Notes: a model not told the origin generated them from the sequence alone. DNA of 64,000 nt from Hemiscyllium ocellatum (GCF_020745735.1 NW_026867531.1:1-64000); one strand, 5' to 3'; shown: positions 48,911 to 58,959, counted from the stretch's first letter. Made by a program: numbers and translations.

Positions 48911-49529
48911 TTCCAGATGGACATATGATCTCAATTCCTTTCAGTCATTTACACTCCTGCCACCCTGCACCTGGCCCATGGCGAATCTGGCCCTGACTGG
49001 ACCTGGCACCATCATTTTCACAACCTCTGACAAAAGCCCACTACCCAAGACATGACCTCAGCCCTTGATCACTGACCTCTCATCTTACCCAAGACAACCT
49101 GTGCACATTGCATCCTAGCTCCGCTGGCATCTGTGCTTTACAACCTACCATTTTGCCAGACTCCGAGCTTTGCATTTTGACAACATGTCCACCTGTCACT
49201 TCATTCCAGTGACCTTCCACCCCCGAAACATCCTGGCACTCTGCCCACCTCTACACTAACCAGCCTGGCATACTGCCCACCTCTCCATAAACCAGCCTGG
49301 CAAAGACAGACCTCCTGCATTTCAGCTCAAACTACCCCTCACCTACCAAGCACAATTCGACCAAATTATCCTGTGACCATTACCATTTACCTTGATGCCA
49401 CCTTTTGCCAGACAGAGTGCACGCAAGCTTACCCAGCAGCCAGCCAACCAGCCTACCAGCCCAAACTCTCCCACATGCCCAATCTAGCCCCTCACTTGCT
49501 CACCACCTTCCAACTTTAAGCCTCCTCCA

Positions 49530-49860
49530 CCATAAAGTCAGTGAGTCATAAAGTCGTACAGCACAGAAACAGTTCCTTTGGTCCAGCCCATCCATGCTGA
49601 CCAGAGTTCCCAAATTAAACTCATTCCACTTGCCTGCCTTTGCCCCATATCCATCCAGACCGATCCAGTTCCTGTAGCTGTTCAAATGTCTTCTCAATGT
49701 GGGACCGATCTCTGCACTTACCGCTTCCTCTGGCAGTTCATTCCAATGTTTTGGACAGTTACAACATGAAGCCCTAACTCCTGCACTCAGTGCTCTGACC
49801 AATGAAGATACATGTGCCAAACACCTTCAACACACTAGGTACTTGAGACAACGCTTTCAA
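49530..49860 (-). mobile_element. CR1 3' end remnant
   Basis: WNELPEEAV motif and CR1 3' UTR. Confidence 0.75.
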
Positions 49861-50413
49861 GAATCGATGAGTCTTGAATCTATGAATTTCTGTGGTGGAG
49901 AATTCCAAAAGAATTCACCATTCTTTTGTTGAACAGGAAACAGTCAGGTTCAATGTTATCGAGTGTTGGGAAGACTGGTGAGCAGCAAGATTAATGATGA
50001 TCCCATGAATGGAATAGCCTTCTAGAGAGGCCGAGATGCCTTCTTCAGCTTCCATTTTGCATGCTGACATGTCCCTTCGGCAGCATGTTCCAAAATTGTG
50101 ATCCTTGAGGATAAGGGCACACATGCATGTAAAGCTTTCCTCCAAATCAGACTTCAAAATGACTCTAAACTATTTTCCTGTCCATTTCCTCTTCCTCAAT
50201 CACAGCCATGGGACTCACTTCCTAACAGCGCTGTGAATGTGCTAATACCACACAAACTTCAGCAATTCAAATAGACTGATGACAACTGGTTTCTCAAGGC
50301 GATATAAAAAGTCTGACACTTCCACACCTGTCTCGAGATTCAAACAACCACTGGACGAATTGAAAATTATTTGAGGCACTTGTGTGTCTACACAAGAAGA
50401 CATGGTTTCCTTT

Positions 50414-50617
50414 GTTAAAAATCACACTACACCAGGTTATAGTCCAACAGGTTTAATTGGAAGCAAACTACCTTTCGGAGCGACACTCCAATATCACCTG
50501 ACAAAGGAGCGTCGCTCCGAAAGCTAGTGTGCTTCCAATTAAACCTGTTGGACTATAACCTGGTGTTGTGTGATTTTTAACTTTGTACACCCCAGTCCAA
50601 CACCGGCATCTCCAAAT
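50414..50617. mobile_element. Penelope-derived inverted pLTR insertion (family A) with hammerhead remnant
   Basis: ~75-bp inverted arms (50414-50488 and 50506-50581). CTGACAA-A-GGAGC-GTC-GCTCC-GAAA-GCTA at 50498-50526. Confidence 0.8.
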
Positions 50618-50717
50618 CATGGCTTTCTTTTTGTGTGATTTGACTGTGTTTTCACTAAATGAACAGAGGTATTGCTTAATCATATAATAGGAATGAAGCT
50701 TCCCTCATTTTTAGCAA

Positions 50718-50909
50718 CTGCTGAAAATGTGTTGCTGGAAAAGCGCAGCAGGTCAGGCAGCATCCAAGGAGCAGGCAGCATCCAAGGAGCCCTTCCTGAA
50801 GAAGGGCTCATGCCCGAAACATCGATTCTCCTGCTCCTTGGATGCTGCCTGACCTGCTGCGCGTTTCCAGCAACACATTTTCAGCTCTGATCTCCAGTCC
50901 TCACTTTCT
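50718..50909. mobile_element. Penelope-derived inverted pLTR insertion (family B) with intact hammerhead core
   Basis: 55-bp arms with 54/55 complementarity (50721-50775 and 50830-50884). Core at 50796-50823. A 15-bp flanking direct repeat, cctcatttttagcaa, lies at 50703 and 50910. Confidence 0.85.
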
Positions 50910-53604
50910 CCTCATTTTTAGCAAGGCAATCACACATTATATTTCTTGATTCCAGGGAAGTATAGTGTTAAATTAATGAAATATGATGATTGGGATGTTT
51001 CCATTGGAAATTGTCAGAGATTTAAAGCTTACTTTCATGAGCAATTAATTCCAGCCTCATTGTGTCACAGTACTCACAGGAATGTCTTTCAGAAATGGTG
51101 TCTCCCTTTGTTATGGGCAGTCGAATCAGTAAATCTGGGATAGTTTTTGCTTGTTAAACAAAGGTGTTAAAGAGTTTTAGCCAAAGGGAGACCTGGGGAT
51201 TGAGCTCACAGATGCACCATGATCTAAGTAAGTGGTGGAACAGCTCGAGGGGCTGAGTGCCCTCCTCTTGTTCCTACCTTCCTATCATTGTGTCATTCAT
51301 TAAGCTTGCACTGGCTGTGAATACTTCTCATTAAAATATTTCAACAAATTAATTGTTTCACACATGCTTTTAAAAAAACTTCTGTTGATTATTTGGAACG
51401 GGATCATTGACATTCTCTATTTGAGTGATCAAAATAACTTCCACCCAATTACAGCAGCCACTGCACTCTGCAGTGTGTTGTTACTTCATAATAGTTTCTT
51501 GTGAAACTACAGCTCGAGATCGGGGCACTCAAATTCAATAATATCTCTGAACATTCGCAATTTGTTCAAATGCATCTTTTCTCTGAAGAACTTGTTCAAT
51601 TGAACAGAACTTTTTTCGATGAAACAACAAACTTTAAATGCTAGAAAACCAAAATAAAGACAGAAACTTCTGAAGAAACTCAGCAGGTCTAGCAGCTCCT
51701 GTGGAGAGAAGGCAAGGTTAACCTTTCGCATCCAAAGACCCCCTCTTCACCAAATTGTTTTCATGTTTTTGACACAAGAGCTCACATCTGTTGAGATAAA
51801 CAGTGATTACGTTGGCTTGACTCCTGTTGGAAACAGAATTCTTAGCAGAGATACTGGATGGTCTGAGATAGCAATGGAAGACCAACTGAAAAGCTATCAC
51901 CATCTGCTGCAAGTGTTGGATTCAGCAGAACACTCACCGTACTGAACTATCAAATTCAGCTACAGCACTGGTTTAATATAAAGTAAAACAGTCTCAGCAT
52001 AATCTCATCAAATATGCTTTGAAATGATTCATTCTGGATTAGTTATAAATGATATTGTTAGAACAGCAAGTCAAAAGCTGGGATTTCTTTGAGCACTTAC
52101 TCCATTAACCCCATCTAGCGATGCCCAAAAGCTTGTGAACAAATATTGATCTGGAAAAAGCTGCTAACCACCAAAATTCTGTTTAATATCTAAGAGACAC
52201 AAGTAAGAACAGCGACTGAATAGATTTCACTGGCCTCTGTGAGTGGAATTCCAACAAACACCCAAACATCTCAATCTGCTTTCTTGCATTGAAGTAACCT
52301 GATAAGAGATGGTGTTACATACCTCTCTAACAGGTTGTAAGTGAACACAGGCCACCTGGCACAGAATCAGGGACCCTACTATAACTTCACAACAGACCTG
52401 AACACAATGAGCTCGACACTATCACGGAGAACATAGCCCACCTGTTTGACAGTACATAAACCATGTTAGTTATTAACACCTTCCAACAACCAGGGATTGT
52501 TCCAGAATGTTTGTACAATGAAAGTAACATTTCAACATTTATCCAAGAATACTTTGACAGCAGCTCCAAATTGTTCAAACTCTATGGGAACTACAGAGGA
52601 ATAAAACTAGGAATTGCATTGCCATCAATTCACTGTCACTAGATTTCAACTTCGAACTCCCTTCCTCTTTCCCCTGTGGTTGTTGCTGCACCAGATGGTC
52701 TACTGAGTTTGAAAAAGATTAAAATGTTTTGAAGTGTAATATGACCATTGCCAGTGACATTAAAATCTGATAATAGGTTTTCAAATAATAAGATGCAAAA
52801 AAAAATTCTGATTCTACATTGTGCCACGAAACATCTCCTGCATAACTGAGGCACAAAGAAAATATGCAGCATATTTCCCTCTGCCTCGCTCAATCAAATA
52901 TCTCTTGTTGCCAACAACCAATTTCAAAACTCTTGCTATCTGCCTTTTGTTCCTGAAACGTTTGTTCTGATTGGAACAACTTAGTCAGGGCTCTCAATTC
53001 TGAGGCACCTATTGTATTTCTGGCAGATCAAAGTGGTTTTGAAGCACGAGATGAAACTGAACTGTCTGAGATTCAGGTATCCCAACTGGACAATTTACAA
53101 ATGGTCAGGACCGTTGACAAGTTAGTCAGAGATAGCACTGAAACAAACTGTACAACAGACTTAATCCTAGAGGATACATTGCTCAACTCCTCACGTCAAA
53201 TATATTCACTGTAATTGAATATTCATCAGAAGAACTAACCAGTGGATTAATGTGAATGAGAATGTGTTCACAATGAACATAAATAACCACTGAGTTAATA
53301 AACTTAATAAGTCATTGCATTTAACAAAATTATTGAGGTGGGAAATATCGCCAATTAAAGCACAGATCTGGAGGAAATGGGTTATTCTCTAAATTATTTT
53401 TACATATTCTTAAAATATTCCTCAAACTGTGGAGATTTTGCATGCACTGCATAAACAATACTGCATTCCAGTGTGGAAAGCATTTCTGTTGAAGGAGTTA
53501 GGGCAAGGTTATTTTCTTGTTAACTACTTTTAATGAACTAAAATGTTTAAAAAGGTGTGAATTGAAAACATGCTTCTGTCTGGAGTTGCCCACTTTAACG
53601 GATG

Positions 53605-53905
53605 TCTAAGTAAATGTGGCACTGCTGCCTCACAGATCCAGATACCCAGGCTCGGTTCCAGCCTCGGGTGACTGCCTATGTGGAGTTTATACAATCTCCC
53701 CTGTGTCTGTGTGGATTTCCTCCCACAATCCAAAGTTGTGCAAGTCAGGTGAACTGGTCATGCTATATTGTCTATAGTGTTAGGTGCATTAGTCAGGGGT
53801 AAATATAGGGTAGGGGAATGGGTCTGGGTGGGTTACTCTTCAGAGGGTCAGTGTGGACTTGTTGGGCCAAATGGCCCGATACATACTGCAGGAAATCTAA
53901 TCTAA
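53605..53905 (+). mobile_element. HE1 SINE (older)
   Basis: B box ggttccagcc, V core and aatctaatcta tail. Confidence 0.88.
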
Positions 53906-54154
53906 ATGATTGTCACACTGAACTGATGTGAGTAGATTCCTTCCGATCGCTACATTGCAATAAATTGGTCAAGTATATTAATTAAAATAAATAGTACTCT
54001 ATTTTCAGTGTCTGAATAAACAATGTGCTCTGTTATCCTCTAGTTCATGTCTTCTGCAAATTTGTGAACTCTGCATCCGCCTGAACACATCAATGTAAAA
54101 TGAATTCTCTGCGTTTGCAGCAAGTTCCCCCATGGTTTAAGAGGAGAGTTCCTA

Positions 54155-54490
54155 CAGTATGGAAACAGGCCATTTGGCCCAACAATTCCACACTGACCCT
54201 CTGTTCAGTAATTAGCCCACCCAGACCCATTCCCCCTAATTTATATTTGCCCCTGACTAATGCACCCTAACATACACATCCCTGAACACTATGGCTGTGC
54301 TCAATTGCACAATCACCTGACCTGCACTTCTTTTAGACTGTGGTAGGAAACCAGAGCACCCGAAGGAAACCCACGCAGACACAGGGAGGATGTGCAAACT
54401 CCACACAGGCAGTCACCCGAGGGTGGAATCAAATTTGGGACCCTGGTGCTGTGAGGCAGCAATGCCAATCACTGAGCCACCATGCTGCCC
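54155..54490 (-). mobile_element. HE1 SINE (older)
   Basis: Reverse-strand head, core and tail. Confidence 0.88.
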
Positions 54491-56103
54491 TGCGAGTTCA
54501 TGAGTGGATTACTTTAATTAATTCGAAATTTGGCCTTGGTCACATAACTCACTATAGCAGTTGTTTCCGAAAGAATGACTCTTCAGTTGATATTTTGTTG
54601 TAAAATGTAATTATTTATTTAAAATGCACAGATTGGGAACACCTAAAGTACTGTGCAGGTTAAATAATTCAGTTAATGTTTTATTTTTATCCTGCAAATC
54701 CATTTTAATCAGGGACATAACAATTAATTAACTCAAGTTATGTGTGAAACTGATCAAAGCAGTGAACCTGATCTGTTCTTCATAGATTTGAGCAGAATTT
54801 CCAAATGGTCTTTGCCAATGATCTTTTCCAGCCAGAAAAATATGTATGTCGTGTACAGCGGAATTGAAAGGTGTTTCTTGATCAATTATAGCACAGTCAT
54901 GGCATTTTTGCTCAAGAGCAAGAACTATTAGAACATTAGACTTTTGAAATTCTATTTATATTTCTCTATGACTTGTAAACTGTTTAAAGACAGACCTTGT
55001 GATTTAACTAGATAGTTGAGTTTTGAATTTGGATTGTAAAGCATGGATTAGATTAATCCTTAATTATTTATTTTAAGTAAAAATAGCACCTGAAGGTATC
55101 TGTTTTCCCTTCATTTCTAAAACCTTTGCGATTTGCCTTTCACTTTATAATAGACTTTATGAAATTTTAACTCGCATGCTGACTGTATTGAATGAGGAAA
55201 GAGCAGTTCACTGTCACCAACCGTGTTAACATTGCAAAAACAATGTAGAAACCAGAAACAGTTTCCCAAATATAACACATTTAATGTTACCCAAGCACAG
55301 TCCCTCCTCAACAGATCAACGATCACCAGATCACAACACGGTGTGTTTGCAGCAGAACTAGCTCTGCAAACATTTTCAACAGAACCAAGAACATGATGTA
55401 ACCTCACAAAAAAAACAAATTGAAGTCTAACAAAGCTACTCAGAATCAAGCAAACTAATGATTAAATTGAATAGAAATAACAAGTCATAACAGCAACCTT
55501 GTTGGTGAGGGGACTTAACACTTAAAACTGTAACGTTTCTGGCAATAGTTCAATTTATTTCCAACCTGCACACCCTTCCTGATCATGACAATCTTGTGCA
55601 GTGCACAGTAGAGTGGGGTTGAAGGCATATATTGATTAATCACTTCAGGGTCAAAGCAAAATTACTGAATGGACAAATATTACCACATTATAATTTTAAG
55701 TTAGTTTCAATTACGTAATCTGATCAATTCTGCAGTTTCAGATTTTAGTCCCAAATTTTATTTTGAATGAGGCTACTCAAAACAAAATTCAGTTCGTTTA
55801 CAATTAGAACGGAGTTTTTTAAAAAAGTCAACGCATTAAAAACTCGTTTTTTTTCATTTCTCACACTTCCGGGTTTCTGCCTTAAGTTGTTTTTCAGACC
55901 GTTACAAATGGATGTAATGTTTTCAATCAAGCAGAGAAAAATGTGTCATATAAGTTTAACAAATGCAGAAATGATTCATGAAAAACAAAAGAACTTCACA
56001 AATATTGGTAATGAAAAGTATTCCAGAGAGTCAATCTCCTCACCAGAAAGAAAACACCAATTCAGAAAGCATGAAAACGCAGATCAATTTCACAAACTGA
56101 ATA

Positions 56104-56348
56104 AGAATCCAATCAACTCAATTCAACAGAATCAAGGAAAATAAAATCAGAATCCAATCAACTCAAAACAAAAGATTTGAATGAAACTTCATCAGAATCC
56201 AACCAATTCAGTTCAACAGAATCAAATAAAACAATTCCAAAAGCCAATCAACACAATTCAACAAAATCAAGTAAAAACAAAGCCAAAATCCAATCAACTC
56301 AATTCAACAGAATCAAGTAAAACAAACTCAGAATCTAATCAACAGAAT
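56104..56348. repeat. 45-bp tandem repeat, ~5.5 units
   Basis: Units start at 56104, 56149, 56194, 56239, 56285 and 56330. Consensus is approximately agaatccaatcaactcaattcaacagaatcaagtaaaacaaantc. Confidence 0.92.
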
Positions 56349-56861
56349 GCAATATAGCACTGCAAGAAACTTTTATGACAGTTTCTAACCGGCTTGTCAT
56401 CAACAAAATTCACAAAATAAATGAGAAAATGTAATCATGGTAAGAGCATATATTCAGGAAATGAATAATGATATTTTAGCATATTTTAGTCATGTTTGGT
56501 AATATCTTGAACATCTTTGAATTCTTAGCGTTTGTTGTTGATAATAAAACTCACAGTCAGGGTGTCACTGGCATTAAACATTATTTATAGCTGACTGATT
56601 AAGAGACATTAGGTGTTTCAAGTAACCCAGCCACATAGAATGCCCATCTGATCAAAAAAAAGAGATACACCGAGCAACTGACTCCATCATCACCATTTTA
56701 ACTATTTGCTAAGCATTAACTGAAGTCTATAATCAGTCTGAACAAAAATCAATCCGAACCAAACCAAACTCAGCACAGAATCTGAGCTTCATTTAATTCA
56801 GAAATTAGTCACATGAATAGAAAGTTTTTAAAAAGCCACTAAGAAAGTTCAAAGTTCTTAC

Positions 56862-56909
56862 CTGAAGTCACTGTCACCATGGTCCCTTGGCCCCAGTAAT
56901 CAAGATAGT
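56862..56909 (-). CDS. IGHJ: JH segment (YLDYWGQGTMVTVTS)
   Basis: WGQG motif and donor GTAAG at 56861. 5' RSS CACAGTG (56910-56916), 23 nt, ACAATAACT (56940-56948). Confidence 0.98.
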
Positions 56910-57303
56910 CACAGTGTTACATTCTCTGGACTGGGTCGCACAATAACTAGCTCTGCATAAAACAATTCAAAAATCTACCATCATTTTAAATTTTCAGAAC
57001 CACAGGCAAAACAAAGTCACGATAAATCTTCATCACATAATTGCGCTAGTGAATTCTGATCATTCTTGATAAATTTTAATACTGTTTTATACTTCACAGA
57101 GTAACACATGAGCTGATTCTCAAAATCCCCAACTGGTGTATCAATAATTACCCAACCCTTTTACAAATTAAATAGTGATACTGGCATAAAACCCCACAGA
57201 ACTAATACTGCACTGCAAGTTAAGACGGTTTGTAGAAGTAATCACTGACTAGTTTCAAACAATGGAGGCTGAATAGGTTTTTGTATTGATCATAATTGCA
57301 GTG

Positions 57304-57318
57304 TCACTCCAGCTATAT
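57304..57318 (-). other. IGHD: D2 segment ATATAGCTGGAGTGA with RSS-12 on both sides
   Basis: 5' RSS: CACTGTG (57319-57325, read on +), 12 nt, TCAAATACT (57338-57346). 3' RSS: CACTGCA (57303-57297), 12 nt, ACAAAAACC (57284-57276). Confidence 0.92.
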
Positions 57319-57687
57319 CACTGTGAGACACGTTGTGTCAAATACTATGACAGACTGTAAACTGTAAAATGCAAATAATTTCTTCACTTCCTAGAAAGCA
57401 GTGATTCAGACTCCTCTAAAAATGATTTGGTGTGTTATTTCAGCTTTTACTATTCATTGCATTTTGAAAGCTTGGAATACTTTTCCAGGTTTGGTCTGCA
57501 TTTAACTTGACAATCAACACGAAGAAGGTAGAAAATAATTATACATTTGTACAAACTAGCCCGACTGGATTGTGTTTAAATTGCATCTCACATTATTTCA
57601 CGCTCCTGCCACGGTAGAAATCACCAATTTGAGATAAATCCTTGTCAGTGGTTATTGTATGAGGATGTCGCTGTGCACAACACTGTG

Positions 57688-57701
57688 ACCCACTGTAGTA
57701 T
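57688..57701 (-). other. IGHD: D1 segment ATACTACAGTGGGT with 5' RSS-12 and 3' RSS-22
   Basis: 5' RSS: CACAATG (57702-57708, read on +), 12 nt, ACACTCATT (57721-57729). 3' RSS: CACAGTG (57687-57681), 22 nt, ACAATAACC (57658-57650). Confidence 0.92.
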
Positions 57702-58077
57702 CACAATGATGTAGACCAGTACACTCATTCTCTGTTCTTTACTCTAGGTCTCAATTATCATTTGAAAGAGCCATTTAGTACTGATTATGTTTAGAATGAA
57801 TGCCATAGTTGACATAACAATTAGCAGTGATTTCCTGAGCTGTCAGATATATTTTGTCCGAGCATTTAATTGATGGAAGTGTTAGCAGTACATATGACAT
57901 GTCTAAAACATTGTCCCATTGTGTCACCAGTTTGCTAGTTTAAATGGTACATTTCCTCTTTGATAGCTTTGTAAGAGGCAGCCTGAGGTCTGCTTCAGAT
58001 CGCAGTTGGTATAATTGCATTTAAAACTCAAACTGACCATCAGTTTATGATGGAATTGACAAAATGTTCCCTCGAGC

Positions 58078-58116
58078 TGTTTTTGAATGGGTCCAGCCCT
58101 GGTTCCTCTCGCTGTG
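58078..58116 (-). promoter_or_regulatory. VH 3' RSS (23-bp spacer)
   Basis: CACAGCG (58116-58110), 23 nt, TCAAAAACA (58086-58078). Confidence 0.93.
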
Positions 58117-58418
58117 GTATCTTGCACAGTAATAGATGGCGGTGTCTTCGATCTTCAGGTTAGTCATGTCCAACGAGAAAATGTTTGAAGTGTCTTTGGA
58201 CGCAGTAAATCGACCCTTAATCGCTGGTGCATAGTTATTGCTGGATGGATTCTTGTACTCAAGCAGCCACTCCAGACCCTGGCCGGGAACCTGGCGGACC
58301 CAGCTCATCCAGTAGCTGCTGAGATCGAACCCGCTGGTTTTACAGGTCAGTTTCAGGCTGCCTTCGGGACGGCCAGTCTCTGCCTCTGGCTGGGTCAAAA
58401 CAACCTCTGACTGGACAC
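58117..58418 (-). CDS. IGHV: VH exon ([14 protein letters not shown]...[12 protein letters not shown]...[11 protein letters not shown])
   Basis: Acceptor AG at 58420-58419. Canonical Cys, Trp (WVRQ) and YYC motifs with no stops, followed directly by an RSS. Confidence 0.98.
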
Positions 58419-58547
58419 CTTTAAAAAAGACAAGAAATAAACCATGAGCATTAATGCAGATGAAATGACGCCTGAGTCTTTTACATTCCTGAGGTGGACT
58501 AACATTGAGACAGTAACAAAGACAGACTTAAACAAAAAAACACTCAC

Positions 58548-58596
58548 ATGATAAGAAAGTCAGTAATAAACTGAGAAAAATTGTCGACACAATCAT
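58548..58596 (-). CDS. IGHV: IgH leader exon (MIVSTIFLSLLLTFLS-)
   Basis: ATG at 58596, hydrophobic signal peptide, phase-1 donor GTGAGT at 58547. A 129-nt intron leads to the V exon. Confidence 0.95.
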
Positions 58597-58683
58597 TCTG
58601 ATAACTTCTGGGAAGCGGTTCTGTCAAGATCTTTCTAAACAAAGCCGATCCCGGAGTGTTGAATTACGGTCCAGTGCCTAGGA

Positions 58684-58689
58684 TTTATA
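58684..58689 (-). promoter_or_regulatory. TATA box of the VH promoter
   Basis: TATAAA on the minus strand ~88 nt upstream of the leader ATG (58596). Confidence 0.65.
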
Positions 58690-58959
58690 TGGCCATCGGA
58701 AAGGGCAGGCTTACAGCTTCCGCCTGTTGGTTTCCTGCTGGAGGCTGAGACTGGATCCTGGTCTCAGCTTGCACAGCCCCAACACATGGGCTCATGTATT
58801 TACCAGGTTACGCTTAAACATGGATATATACACATCTTGGGATATTTATTTTGCTGAATAGCTTCTTTGGGAGTGTTTTTTTTAAATGGTGGAAGTAAAA
58901 TTGAGTAGCTTCAGGTCTGTTTCACATGATAGTTGCAAGTATTTTGTTTTTAAAAAATT

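Larger units (their letters stand above)
36338..58689 (-). other. IGHM: Complete germline (unrearranged) shark IgM heavy-chain cluster L-V-D1-D2-J-CH1-CH2-CH3-CH4/sec-TM1-TM2
   Basis: All exons and segments below were located with GT/AG sites in compatible phases and RSSs obeying the 12/23 rule. V-D, D-D and D-J spacings are 415, 369 and 394 bp, the compact cluster organisation typical of cartilaginous fish. Confidence 0.97.

Noticed and set aside
55767-56144. 125-aa plus-strand ORF in the J-C intron
   Set aside because: Low-complexity K/N/Q/F-rich translation of AT-rich and repeat DNA, with a non-ATG start.
56104-56348. Regularly spaced repeats as a CRISPR-like array
   Set aside because: Contiguous 45-bp tandem units without unique spacers, in vertebrate DNA with no cas genes.
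57659-57675. Second heptamer CACAGCG inside the D1 3' spacer
   Set aside because: It is only 10 nt from the nonamer, outside the tolerated 12+/-1 spacing.
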